Counted from the whole stretch's first letter, positions 48,149 through 60,343 are shown. The stretch is 63,197 nt of DNA, filler included, from Aduncisulcus paluster (GCA_024181965.1; 5 parts of 5 records of this genome joined end to end with filler, not necessarily neighbours in it); one strand, 5' to 3'. Notes: generated from the letters alone by a model not told the origin. Numbers and translations are program-made.

Positions 48149-49951
48149 ATGAGTGATCTTTCAATTGGAGATTTATCAGATGATAAAGAATATGAATATG
48201 ATGATCATTTATCGATAGAAAAACATGATCAATTCTTAATTCGAAAACCATCAGAATCTGATGCCCAACTAAAAATTCTACATGTTTGTGATGGAGTTCG
48301 ATCAATAAGAGCTGTCCCCACCTCGTCTTCTTTTAAAATATCTGACTGGAAAAACAATACCAGCCATTCCCGACCTATGTCTCAACAGAGGCTACATCCA
48401 GCATTTAAATCAGCTGAAATTCAAGCATTAATGGCTAAAAGATCTCCAAGCTCTGCGTATTCAGGTGTAAATCCCGAAGATCGTGATATGGGGCTTGGCC
48501 CTGATGATGATGATTTGTCAGATATTATCTATGAGGACGATGGACCTTCTCAATCTGAATCAATGCTTCCTTTATTAATGTCGGCCATTCATGCAGCCGA
48601 CGGAGAAATAGATTTTGGAATTACAAAGCGATTCGAAGAATCTTTACGACGATCGAATCCACCATCAATTGAAATACCGCATGATAGAGAAGAAACTTTT
48701 AGAAAAACAGAAGAAGAACAACAAAATGGAATTATTCGAGCCAAAAATAAGCATCTTTTAAAACGCTATTTCCCCAAATCAGATGAAATTGTTGGTGCCC
48801 GAGTGAAAACAATGATAGAGAAAAAAAGAAAAGAGAAAAAAATATATAGACACGATGATACCCCACTTTCAGCAACCCAAGGTCATCGTCTTGATATTTC
48901 TTCATCCCAACGCAACTTTGCTTCGAGGAGAGATATCCAGAAGAAGAAAAAGATTGAATCCCACGTTCTTCGGGAAGTTGAACGTAGAAAAGCGATGAAT
49001 GGGTCATGTGACATTGTTGTAAACCCACCTTTTCGTTTCCTCTCCACTCAGCATCGTTTAGGGATGAAATATTACACCCAACAGACAGTCCAAACTGAAG
49101 AAACGCATCCATATGGACAGAAACTTAGAGAATATCATAAAAAACAACCATACGTCGGTGAAGATCTACTATCTTCCACAAAGAAAGGTAGGCAAACCAT
49201 CCACCAAAGACCCAGCAGCGCCTTCCCACTTTATCATAGAAATACAACAAAATCAGTTAATTATGGCCATAAACGCCCGATCACGACCGGTAGTTCTGGG
49301 ATTCGTGGTCCCCAAAGCCACTTTACTTCATATTATGGAGACTCCTCGTATGACCAAAAGGATTCAAGACCCTCACATCCCCAATATAATCCGCAATCTC
49401 TCTCAGCCATTCCTCCCCCGCGTCATCCCGCAAGTGATCCGAGGGAATCGATATCGTTTGAACGACGCATGAGACCTCGAAGTGCCTCTGTCACTGGTTC
49501 TAGATACCACAAGGATTCTTCATCCAACCCAGTGCATCCCCACAGGTCTGGCTTTAGGTCTGTGAGCATTGAGGAAGCACCAGTGTCAAGAGTTCGACCT
49601 TCAAGCGCATATGTGAGTCCCACATCATCCAAAATTTCGACCACAGGTCCTCATTCTCAACATCAGCAATACTATACCTCAACGCAACGACAACCAGCCC
49701 TTAGCACTCACAAACCAAGGAAGTCAGCATCCCAATATGGGGGCATCGGGTTTGGATCGACGAGGAGTGTTTTTAGCGGAGGATCTACAAGACAGAAAAG
49801 TAAGCCACTTCGGCCGTCCTCTGGTTTCGGTGGTGGTCCTCCTCTCTCTCGAACATATAATGTCTCTAAATATGGAGTTAGAAATCCCTTGTCAAAGACA
49901 ACAACAAAACCTTTCACGTTTGCCTTATCAACTCGGACAAAAGGATACTGA
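48149..49951 (+). CDS. Hypothetical, largely disordered protein with repeated RP(S/R)SA motifs
   Basis: 600-codon ORF with ATG start; no recognisable domain. Confidence 0.75.
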   Translation: MSDLSIGDLSDDKEYEYDDHLSIEKHDQFLIRKPSESDAQLKILHVCDGVRSIRAVPTSSSFKISDWKNNTSHSRPMSQQRLHPAFKSAEIQALMAKRSPSSAYSGVNPEDRDMGLGPDDDDLSDIIYEDDGPSQSESMLPLLMSAIHAADGEIDFGITKRFEESLRRSNPPSIEIPHDREETFRKTEEEQQNGIIRAKNKHLLKRYFPKSDEIVGARVKTMIEKKRKEKKIYRHDDTPLSATQGHRLDISSSQRNFASRRDIQKKKKIESHVLREVERRKAMNGSCDIVVNPPFRFLSTQHRLGMKYYTQQTVQTEETHPYGQKLREYHKKQPYVGEDLLSSTKKGRQTIHQRPSSAFPLYHRNTTKSVNYGHKRPITTGSSGIRGPQSHFTSYYGDSSYDQKDSRPSHPQYNPQSLSAIPPPRHPASDPRESISFERRMRPRSASVTGSRYHKDSSSNPVHPHRSGFRSVSIEEAPVSRVRPSSAYVSPTSSKISTTGPHSQHQQYYTSTQRQPALSTHKPRKSASQYGGIGFGSTRSVFSGGSTRQKSKPLRPSSGFGGGPPLSRTYNVSKYGVRNPLSKTTTKPFTFALSTRTKGY

Positions 49952-51192
49952 TTGATTCTTTGGTTCAATTGTTGCGTTAAATATATATATATATATATAT
50001 ATATTAATTTATTATATTATATTCTTATATAATTTTGGAGATGCTCTTTATGTTTGTTTTGGCATAATCTCTTTGTTCTTACTTCATAATAATCTGTGGA
50101 TTTTGTTTATGACCTAAAGATTTTTTGTGTCCTATATTCTTTATATAAAACTGCGTTATTTTTCAACTTTTATTCCATTTATCTCTTTTGTTATTTCTTC
50201 AAAATATTAATATTCACACATTTTTTTTGATCAAACAAATGTTATAATATATTTTTCCTTTAAAATTTTTTTTGATATTTATTATATTTATATTAAACTC
50301 CGTTCTTCTCATTTTCAATTGAATTTTCTCGATCTTTTTTTTTTTTTTTTTTTTATCTTGGTTACAATATTATACCAATTATATTATTATTGCACAATCT
50401 ACGTGTTCTTGTTTGATATTTTATTAACTTTTCTCAATTTTATTGTCTATTTTTGGATAGATCTGAGAACATGTTTGATTGTTTCCATCGTTTTGATCGG
50501 TTTCCGTTTTTTGAGCGTGATATAAAATCCATATCTATTAATAGAATTTTGGTTTGAATATTGTTGACTCTAAATCAAATGATTTATCAATTTATTTTTC
50601 TCAGATCTATTTATATCTTTTTATACTCATTATAACTTTGATTATTAACCTTCATTTCAGCGAATTGTAAAGAGGATGAATATTCCAAAAACATTACTAT
50701 TATTGATTAACTTGAAGATCACCACCGTATCATTCCATTCTTCTACTATTAATATATAGTATATAGTATATACTTATTTTGAGTATTATTTCACCGAATA
50801 TTTTAATCTTCTTGGCTACGTTTCTATTGAATCCAAAGATAATCCAATAGAATAGAAGTTATATTTTTGATCTAGAACAATAAATAAAGTTATCTGAGAC
50901 AACTTAGTGTACTATGCTGTCATTTTGGATATAAATCGATAAGAATGAATGTGATTAATGCTTAATCAATCCAATGGATCTTCATTTATATCTTTATATT
51001 ATTTGATCTTCTGTACACGATATACAAAAAATCAGCAAAAGATTGAAGGTCCCACCAACGAAAAATGACTAACAATTGATATAAATATAGTACAGTATAG
51101 TACAGTATAGTACAGTACGAACATTATTTATATTGAATATATTAATGTGAAATAAATTGATTTATGCCGCATAATAAGTGTATAAATCTATT

Positions 51193-53292
51193 CTAGAGAT
51201 CAACATGATAACCCCCAGAATCCATACTACTTTCACTTGAACTCATGGTCATTCTGTGAGGATTCAACAACCCATCGACAATGGGCAAAATCTGGTATTC
51301 TCTATCAGATACCAATTTATCACTCAATGAGGAGGTTTCATGGATGAACTGCCACTCAACTCTCAAGATAACCCACAACATACGTCTGCAGATCTCTGCC
51401 ATCCCCAGAACCATGTTTAAGAATGCCGGAAGACTCAAAATATCAGGAGGATTAAGAGTCATACTCCATGCAAATCTAAGAATAGAATCCTCAATGATTC
51501 CAGTGATGTAAAACCAGAATGGATAAAGTCTGACAGAACGGAGTAACCAGCAACAATTGTCACAATCAAAACACAGACATTTCTTGTGATGTGCCGGCGA
51601 CATTCCAATATTTGACGAATGGAGGTCGTGTCCATCTTCACATTGACTGGATTTAGGGCTTGAGTCCATCAGATCATCTTCACTATCAACTTTAAACAGA
51701 GATTCTCCATGTTGTAGACCATCTTTGACACAGATCAACGACACACTTCTGATCCTATTCTCCTTTTTGGCCACTATTTTCTGTTTATATCCTGCGAACA
51801 GAGTCCAATCTTTTAGGAGATCCCACACGAGTGAATATATGGTTGAGATAATTGTAACAACGATCCACACAATATGTGGAATGGGAGTATAACCTTCTCC
51901 ATGAAAATAATCAATGATGGAGTCGACAGCTGATGCCGTCAAAGAGGCCAAGGATGTAAAATACTTACCAGCATTGATGAGGTTGTGAGCGTCCTTGGTG
52001 GCATGATATACATTGAGACACTGGAGGAATCGCGCTAAATATGGAAGCATAACAATAAAACATGTTAAGTATTCAATCACTTCTCCATCAATTTTCGAAT
52101 AATCACTATCTTGCCCGAAAGAAAACCCAAGAAAAGTCCCAGTAAAGACTCCAATAGAGGCACGAACGAAATCTTTTAGAGGATTGGCAAATGATGTCAT
52201 AATATCGGCACATATAATATCAAGAAAGCGGATATTACCGGTCGGAAGAACAAACCACCGTACAAGAACACCCATGAAAAAACTTTGTTGTTTTTGCAAC
52301 ACTCCGGGAATAGGAACGATAAGAATAATCATAATAATCCCATACATGATCATGATCCACAATCCACAAGGAATATTCAACGATAACCAGCTAGTGGGAT
52401 GATTGAGCGAAAAAATAAAAANNNNNNNNNNNNNNNNNNNNAGACACTGGAGGAATCGCGCTAAATATGGAAGCATAACAATAAAACATGTTAAGTATTC
52501 AATCACTTCTCCATCAATTTTCGAATAATCACTATCTTGCCCGAAAGAAAACCCAAGAAAAGTCCCAGTAAAGACTCCAATAGAGGCACGAACGAAATCT
52601 TTTAGAGGATTGGCAAATGATGTCATAATATCGGCACATATAATATCAAGAAAGCGGATATTACCGGTCGGAAGAACAAACCACCGTACAAGAACACCCA
52701 TGAAAAAACTTTGTTGTTTTTGCAGCACTCCGGGAATAGGAACGATAAGAATAATCATAATAATCCCATACATGATCATGATCCACAATCCACAAGGAAT
52801 ATTCAACGATAACCAGCTAGTGGGATGATTGAGCGAAAAAATAAAAAAGCTACATATAAAAAGAGATATACAGGAATATATCATTGCAATAAATAGAATA
52901 TGGCAGGTTGATGCAGTCTCATTCCTATTTTTCCCGAGAACCTTGAACTGGTCAATAGAAAACATCCGAAATACTTTGGTATCAAGAGCCCACATAAATA
53001 ATCCAACACTAAATGCAAATGACAAAGAGAATACCGGCCATCCAGTGGTAAACCCCTTATAATTGAACACTAAATCTCCATCTTCCCCAGGGGAGAGCAA
53101 ATGAATAAGAAATCTCAGAAATAATACAATAAATAGTATTAATACAACAAAGAATGATATTCCATAACTATTCTATAAGAGATATAACAAGAAATAGATG
53201 GAAATAGCCAATAGTTGAATATAAACAAAAGAATATAACAAATCCAATTAATATTTCAATAAAACCATAGAATATCATGATTTACATACCAT
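51193..53292 (-). CDS. EXS-family (ERD1/XPR1/SYG1) membrane protein without SPX domain; intron 53173-53289
   Basis: ADIMTSFA, LPYLARFLQC, LINAGKY, YSLVWDLLKDW, LRFAWS, EICRRMLWVILRVE. ATG|GTATGT...TAG|AAT extends the frame by a hydrophobic helix. ~130 aa are duplicated across the gap. Confidence 0.88.
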
Positions 53293-53640
53293 TCCAAAGC
53301 CAACTATATCGGATTGTTTCCCCAAAAGATTTGTATTTTTAAAATCTTCAAATAATTAATTAATACAAGCTAGAATTTAGAAATAGATATGTATTATTCA
53401 CTTTATTATAAAATATTAGGCATTTTCCCTCCCTTTTTTTTCCAATCCCGGAGGAGATTCAAAAACGATTCATCTCTGGTTTGCGTTAAAATTGAAATAA
53501 ATAATCCAATATACTTGGAGCCTTATGTATCATATTAATCGGTATCAGCCCCTTCATTTTATTTTATTATTGATCCAATGTGTGTAACCAAAATGGAAAT
53601 TTCAGACTTGTGATATGAGAATAGAGCGTGATTTGGAAAC

Positions 53641-56600
53641 ATGGAGGCTATAGAAGATGCTGAAACAGCAAATTTAGCTCCCCTTGAACAGCCAAAGACC
53701 AAGAAAGAGAAATATTTATTCTTCCATTCCCAGTTCAAAGGTGTCTTCATCAAGAACTGGCTGTTAACGGGTAGAAGTCCATTTTTTACAATCGTTAAGA
53801 TAATTGTTCCATTTTTAGCCATGGGTTTAATTCTTTTAAGCCATCATCTCATGAAAACTCCTGCTATTCCACACCAAGAAGTTTTTGATGAACCCATGCA
53901 GTTTGCCATATGTCCTGACGAAACTCGAGGCAGTGGATCCTGTTATGCATTAGTAATGTGTATTGATGACGATGTTGATTTAATTGATGAATATCGCCAA
54001 GTATGGGAAGATATTGTCACCTATATGTCTGAGAATAATGATCCGCCTCTTGACCCAGATCTTGATGTTTATTGGTATGAAACTGAATCTGAATTTCAAT
54101 TAGCTTATTTAAATGATGGATTACTTGCTCTTAACAGTGTTAAAATTGGTTCTTTCTCATACAACAACCCCATCTTCACTGCTTACACCAGAGCCAATCA
54201 AGATGGTCAAGGAGTGAGATCTACAACGAGGACGTGGACTTACAATACATTGGTCAAGGTGTACGAAGCCATGTACAATGTGTTTGGGAAGTATCATATG
54301 TTTTTGATTGAAGAGGACGTTCATTTACATTTTAATTGGAATTGGAGAGATTATCCCGTACAAAGCATCAGCGATAATGATAGTACCATGTACTATGTCA
54401 TCACTATGTTCGCTGTTGTCGGAATTTTAATCCCTTTTGCTCTCCAGGTCATTGAAATGGCCAATGAAAAGGAATCTCAGGTTCGACAAGGTCTGGCTGG
54501 AATAGGTCTACGGTATTTCGCCAATGATTGTGCTTGGTTTGTATATTATCTTATCATACAGGCGTATAACGTGACCGTATTCATTCTACTAGGAAAACTG
54601 ACAGATATGAGCTTTTTTACTGACGTTACTTTCTCTGCCCTGTGGACGTTGCTCATGTTCTTTGCCGTAGCCATCACTGCATGGGGTTTGATGGCTGCTG
54701 CCTTTTGCACCACTCTTCGAGGATCTCTGATCGGAGTTATTATCCTATTTACTGTCTTGATGGTCACTCAATTCATCCTTGAAGCCACCTGTACGTTTGT
54801 TCCAACAACAAATATCCCCCTGATCCGAATGATCATCTCTGCATACCCTTCCTATCACCTAGATATTGTATCTTATGTCATGTATGCCACTACACAGGGC
54901 CTTGGGAGGAATCCTCTTGATAGGCATTTCTACTTCAAAGATCTCTTCTATAAGTGGGGGTCCACGGTGAACAATCTCCCTATCACTGTCCTCCCCATCA
55001 AAAACCTTCTCATGCTCCTTGTGGACACTGCCGGCGCCTGGTTGTTCAGCGTGTATGCCCAAGTTGCCAACGGAAGCAGTTCTGGCGGAAGTCGTGGCTG
55101 GGGTTGGGGATTTGCAGCCATTAGTGGCCAGAAGAAAGTTCTCTCAACCTATGCCACTCCAAGTGCTGGCCTCCGTGGTGTCGGTCCTGCCGAGCATGCT
55201 GCCGACCCTCTTGTCCGCGATGAAGCCCGTCTTCTTGCCATAGGAGAGACGCAAGGGTATGCAATTACTGTTGAAGGTCTCACCAAGATATTCACAAAAG
55301 ATGACACCAAGTCCACAGGCTGTTGCAGCTGTGGATGGGGTGGATGCTGCTGCAATGGCTGTTGCAATGGGTGTTGTGAAGGATGCTGTTGCGACTGTTT
55401 CTGCCACGGTTGCTGTGGGTTACGGGAGCATTGCGAGAAGAGCAAGAAAGAGAAGATTCATAAGAAGAGAGAAGACGAGAAATTATCCATTAGTACCTCT
55501 TTACTTGGTTACCAAACGACTGATGAGGACGCTGAAGATTCATATAAAACTCTGCAAGACATTGAGGACGGCAAAGGAGAGTCTAAGGTCTATATTGATG
55601 ATATCAAGAAAAAGAAGAGCTCTGGCACCTCATCAAGAACATCCTCTTCTCAAGGAAGTGATGAAGAGGACAGCGATTCCATTGGTGTTTCCTTCTCAGA
55701 TTCACAAGCAGAAAGTAGGGATTCCCAGGGTGGTTCAAAGAAGAAACAAGTCGGATCTCGTATCTTGGAGGATGGTTCTGTTCTCGCTCTTGACAAGGTC
55801 TTCTTTGGTGTGAAAGAAGGCGAGTGCTGTGCCTTGCTCGGAAGAAATGGAAGTGGGAAGACTACCTGTATCAACATTATGAACGGGACAATAATTCCTT
55901 CATCAGGATCAGCCTATGTCCTTGGTCACAGTGTGCTCACAGACATTCATAACGTGCATCGTTTGACTGGTGTGTGTCCACAGTTTGATATATTATGGCC
56001 TCAACTCACCGCAGAGGAACATATGCACCTATTCTGCTTGTTTAGAGGCAAACTCAACGAAGAAGAGCGTGCCAAAGAGGTTAAAACGATGTTACATCAT
56101 ACTTCTCTCACTGAACATGCACACAAACGTGTCAAGCATATGAGCGGTGGTATGAAGCGTCGTTTGTCCGTTTCCTTGGCCCTCATTGCTGGTCCCAGAA
56201 TCATTATTCTCGATGAACCAACCACAGGTCTGGACCCCATAAGTCGTCGGAAAATCTGGCGTCTGCTGGCTCGAATGAAGAAAGGAAGAGTTTTGTTACT
56301 TACGACACATTCGATGAGTGAAGCTGAAGAGCTTGGTGATCGAATTGTTATTCTTCAGGACGGATCAGTGAAAGGAATGGGAAGCGTCCAAAGAATGAAA
56401 CGAGTCTGGGGTGGAGGATATCGTATCGTCATGGAAACTAAACAACTCGATAAAACAAAAGGTCAAGAAGGCAAGAAAAAGGAAGAAGAAGCGGAAGAAG
56501 AGTCCATATCCCTGGTTTCTGCTCTTTCTCGTGTACTTGAGCCTCTTTTCCCGACATGTGAGATTTCTATTCATAACACTCGGGTTGTGTTAACGATACC

Positions 56601-57024
56601 TCCACTCTATCCGATCTCTAGAGACGATATTATTACGTATGAGATTCGCCAAAAGAGACGAACAGGTGTGGATGAAGTATTCAAGGGGTTGGTCATGGGA
56701 GAATTAATCGATATTCTTGAAAAACATGAAAGAAACCGAGGTGCTGGCCAACTCAAAAAAACAGAAGTTCCAAAGAAGGAAGAAGAAGAAGAGGAAGAAA
56801 GAGAGCAGCCTGAGAAGGATGAAATAGAGGATAGAGATCGAGAGATTATTCTTGCATCATCCGAATACGCTTCTCTCTCTTCCCAAATTGCCCATGTGTC
56901 ATCGTGGTCCCTCAAATTCACAACTATGGATGATGTATTCAGAAATTCCCTTGATGAGGCTTTCAAGCCTCTTGTGGAGCTGGACAATACATCTCGGAGG
57001 GAAGTCACTGTCACTTCGATCTAA
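53641..57024 (+). CDS. ABC transporter subfamily A, half-size (TMD-NBD)
   Basis: EKESQVRQGL, Walker A GRNGSGKTT, GVCPQFDILWPQLTAEEHM, signature MSGGMKRRLSV, LDEPTTGLDP, LTTHSMSEAEELGDRI. Confidence 0.93.
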   Translation: MEAIEDAETANLAPLEQPKTKKEKYLFFHSQFKGVFIKNWLLTGRSPFFTIVKIIVPFLAMGLILLSHHLMKTPAIPHQEVFDEPMQFAICPDETRGSGSCYALVMCIDDDVDLIDEYRQVWEDIVTYMSENNDPPLDPDLDVYWYETESEFQLAYLNDGLLALNSVKIGSFSYNNPIFTAYTRANQDGQGVRSTTRTWTYNTLVKVYEAMYNVFGKYHMFLIEEDVHLHFNWNWRDYPVQSISDNDSTMYYVITMFAVVGILIPFALQVIEMANEKESQVRQGLAGIGLRYFANDCAWFVYYLIIQAYNVTVFILLGKLTDMSFFTDVTFSALWTLLMFFAVAITAWGLMAAAFCTTLRGSLIGVIILFTVLMVTQFILEATCTFVPTTNIPLIRMIISAYPSYHLDIVSYVMYATTQGLGRNPLDRHFYFKDLFYKWGSTVNNLPITVLPIKNLLMLLVDTAGAWLFSVYAQVANGSSSGGSRGWGWGFAAISGQKKVLSTYATPSAGLRGVGPAEHAADPLVRDEARLLAIGETQGYAITVEGLTKIFTKDDTKSTGCCSCGWGGCCCNGCCNGCCEGCCCDCFCHGCCGLREHCEKSKKEKIHKKREDEKLSISTSLLGYQTTDEDAEDSYKTLQDIEDGKGESKVYIDDIKKKKSSGTSSRTSSSQGSDEEDSDSIGVSFSDSQAESRDSQGGSKKKQVGSRILEDGSVLALDKVFFGVKEGECCALLGRNGSGKTTCINIMNGTIIPSSGSAYVLGHSVLTDIHNVHRLTGVCPQFDILWPQLTAEEHMHLFCLFRGKLNEEERAKEVKTMLHHTSLTEHAHKRVKHMSGGMKRRLSVSLALIAGPRIIILDEPTTGLDPISRRKIWRLLARMKKGRVLLLTTHSMSEAEELGDRIVILQDGSVKGMGSVQRMKRVWGGGYRIVMETKQLDKTKGQEGKKKEEEAEEESISLVSALSRVLEPLFPTCEISIHNTRVVLTIPPLYPISRDDIITYEIRQKRRTGVDEVFKGLVMGELIDILEKHERNRGAGQLKKTEVPKKEEEEEEEREQPEKDEIEDRDREIILASSEYASLSSQIAHVSSWSLKFTTMDDVFRNSLDEAFKPLVELDNTSRREVTVTSI

Positions 57025-57051
57025 TTCAATTCTGTTTCTCACTAATATGCG

Positions 57052-57151
57052 NNNNNNNNNNNNNNNNNNNNNNNNNNNNNNNNNNNNNNNNNNNNTTAAT
57101 TAATTAANNNNNNNNNNNNNNNNNNNNNNNNNNNNNNNNNNNNNNNNNNNN
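57052..57151. other. Artificial contig linker
   Basis: N-run + TTAATTAATTAA + N-run. Confidence 0.97.
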
Positions 57152-57494
57152 GAAGATGAAGAAGGAAGGAAAAGAGGGCCATGAGGAAGGAGATACCAGA
57201 GAAGAAATTGGCGTTGAAAAATATGTCAAAACATCCAAGCGAAAGAAAAAGAGTAAGAAACATAAACCTAAGGTTCTCTCGCCCATTAAGAGTGAAGAGC
57301 TAGAATAGTCCTTCTCTTGTATCATTTCCCAACTAAAAGCTGTTTGTATTATCTTAATTCAAAGTTCAACAATCATTTATTTATATATATGGTCGTTCAT
57401 TATTTTATTTATTGCCGTATTTTCATAATCCATATAATATTCATACTATATTATTCATACTTGGTTCATTTTGCGATGAAATGATCGGTCTCTA
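57152..57494 (+). repeat. Left arm of >=343-bp inverted repeat
   Basis: Reverse complement of 59889-60231; truncated by the contig edge. Confidence 0.93.
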
Positions 57495-57879
57495 AAAGGT
57501 ATGGCCTAACAATCATTTTTGTTTTATTTAATTGTTTATTATTATTTCTAAATTTGTTGTGTTGTTATGTTGTTAAGTTTTTATTGAATATTCAATATTA
57601 ATATATTATTCCCTTGTTATATTAGTATTATATTATATTATTATAAAATTTGTTCCATTTTTCTGATTGTACAGATCAGTATTACGATTTATATGCTCGG
57701 ATAATGCAATAATTGCATTGCAATTAGCATATTTCATTTGTTTTTTCCCTCGTATGATATGAGTCATCAATTACTCTTATTCAATTAATCTAATTGTTTA
57801 TTAGTAATAAACTATCATTCATCAACCAAGATTTCATCTGAAAAAGTTTTGATTCTAAACTGTTCTTGACATTGATTGT

Positions 57880-59535
57880 TTATTCAAAGAAAGCTCTTTT
57901 GCTAGTATAGTATAGATCTCTGGCTGCATCGAGTTCGGCTTTGCTTTTTAGGGGTTGTGTGCATTCACGGGTGAAATGTCCCAATTCTCGACAATTCCAA
58001 CACGGCTTGTCCTTCTTTAAGATTCTTTCACGGGGAATGAATCGTCCTTTGGAGTCTCGTAGATTAGCAGATAGATCAAAATCTTCACCAGTTTCATCAA
58101 ATCCCGTCATTCTTACACAATCAGCGACAAAGTCGTGAAATTTAGTTAACAGATCTGGTCTCTTTTCATGTATAATCGAACCATAACGAGTCCATGCTTG
58201 TTTCGATACTTTCTTAATTCGTGCATGTCTTGGTTGGTATCTTCCTCCCTTTCGGGGGCAGTTCCAGCACCAATGATTCGAATAGCGGCAAAATACGCAA
58301 GTGGGAAATAATAATCGACCTGCTTTGTTTGTTTTTTGGGTTATATTCACGGTTGTTTTGGACTTGCAATCAAGGGCTGGTGTGACTGTGGGTACGATGC
58401 TATAAGGTGTTGTATGGATCATCTGATGTGTCTGTACCATAGTAGGTGGGGGTGGCGTTACGGTGAGAGATCTCTTCTTATGTTGAAGAGTTTCATTAAC
58501 GTGTTCTTTTTCACTTCTGTGGAGTATTGCATGTTGAGTTTCACTTTTTTCAAGAGATATTACTTTGTAGATAAAATAAGCACTGATTCTATCCTGATTA
58601 TCAGCTTCTAAGGTTCTTTCGTCGGATTCTCGCGATTCATGTACTTTGTACCCTGCTCTTAGGTTATCAACGGCTTCTTTAATGGTGCTTCTAAAGCGCA
58701 AAGGTCTGATCCCGTCAACTAGTGAATCGACAACCTTTGACTCCTCGTCATCATCCAATTCTCGTCCTTCTAACATTTCTATTCTCAATTTTGCCCAAGC
58801 AGCGGTGTATTTGAAGGCTTGTTTCATGGAAATCGAACCTTGGTCGAAATTGGCCTCACAAACAATCTTATGGGCTTCATTTATGAATTTTTGAAATATG
58901 GCGTCTGGCGTAAACACTTTAATTCCTTTCTTGATGGTTTTTAACAAATAATCTTGGTTTGTAGAGGTAATATCAATGATTTCGTCAAGGACATAGCCAA
59001 TCTGAATAGCAATCACTTCAGACATCAACTGGCCAAAGGGAGGTATAATCAAGTCTATATGTGTGGTTTTTAACTCACGGATTTTCTTCAAGAAGTCTTT
59101 TATGACATCAGTATCTTCGCTCACTAATTTCTCAATAAAAATACCATTTGAAGGGGGTTTCTCTTGTTTGTTTTCAATAACAGTTAGTTTTAATGGTTTC
59201 GTCACTTGGATTTCACATGGAGTCATGGTTTTTAATTGCACACTCACTTTGGTTTCACTGGCGTTTGATATCGAGGGGTTTAATCCTATACTTGAGGTAA
59301 TATCGTTTTTAATTGATGGTTTTAATAATGGTTTTTCCCTTTTAAAAGGCTTTTTTATGGCTTTTTCTTTGTCAGTGGGCAAAACAACATATTTTTCAAA
59401 TTCATCTTTTCTTTTAGGAATAACAAGGATATAGTCGGTAGAAATGTCTTTTTGTGTTTCAATTGCTTCTTTTTGGTCATACTTTTCAACGGGGTTGGCC
59501 GTTTTTATGCTTTTCTTTTCTCTTTTCGGATACAT
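57880..59535 (-). mobile_element. Gag-like protein with two CCHC zinc knuckles, no adjacent pol
   Basis: CVFCRYSNHWCWNC and CWNCRELGHFTREC (both CX2CX4HX4C), preceded by a helical capsid-like region. Intact ORF, likely ATG at 59535. Confidence 0.7.
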
Positions 59536-59888
59536 CAGATTAAACAATAATATTAACAAATCAGAAAGATAAAAAGATTAATATTATGAAATCAATAATC
59601 AATTTGCGAAAATTGGTCGAAGGGATTCGCAACAGAACATAAATAAACACATACTCCGATGGTCTAAAAATAGAAAATGAATGACTGCACGGATGGTCTC
59701 AGTTGGTAAAAAGAAGAACTTAGAATCAAATATTACCAATAAAACTTGATGGGAATTAAAATTACAATTTTATTTTATATTATAACTGATGTGATGGTAA
59801 CCGGCATTCCCCGGTTGTACCGGTCACTGCTTCCTGAATAAATTTGCTAGCCACTATTGTGGTCAATAAGCCATTAGTTGGGAAATGA

Positions 59889-60231
59889 TAGAGACCGATC
59901 ATTTCATCGCAAAATGAACCAAGTATGAATAATATAGTATGAATATTATATGGATTATGAAAATACGGCAATAAATAAAATAATGAACGACCATATATAT
60001 AAATAAATGATTGTTGAACTTTGAATTAAGATAATACAAACAGCTTTTAGTTGGGAAATGATACAAGAGAAGGACTATTCTAGCTCTTCACTCTTAATGG
60101 GCGAGAGAACCTTAGGTTTATGTTTCTTACTCTTTTTCTTTCGCTTGGATGTTTTGACATATTTTTCAACGCCAATTTCTTCTCTGGTATCTCCTTCCTC
60201 ATGGCCCTCTTTTCCTTCCTTCTTCATCTTC
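59889..60231 (-). repeat. Right arm of inverted repeat
   Basis: Reverse complement of 57152-57494. Confidence 0.93.
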
Positions 60232-60343
60232 TTCTTTCGCTTCATCTTATTTACAGCTGATTTGTGCTTTGATTTCTTCACCTTATCTTCAAATACAACT
60301 CCATAATCGACCAAAACTGGACCTGTATCAGCAGAATCGACAC
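60075..60343 (-). CDS. 3' end of a Lys-rich hypothetical protein (also present inverted at 57152-57308)
   Basis: Open frame from the contig edge ending ...KHKPKVLSPIKSEELE*, followed by AT-rich UTR-like sequence. Confidence 0.5.

Noticed and set aside
52015..52850. Duplicated TM block in the EXS gene
   Set aside because: It flanks a 20-N gap. The one difference I noticed is synonymous (TTG/CTG), consistent with two haplotypes.
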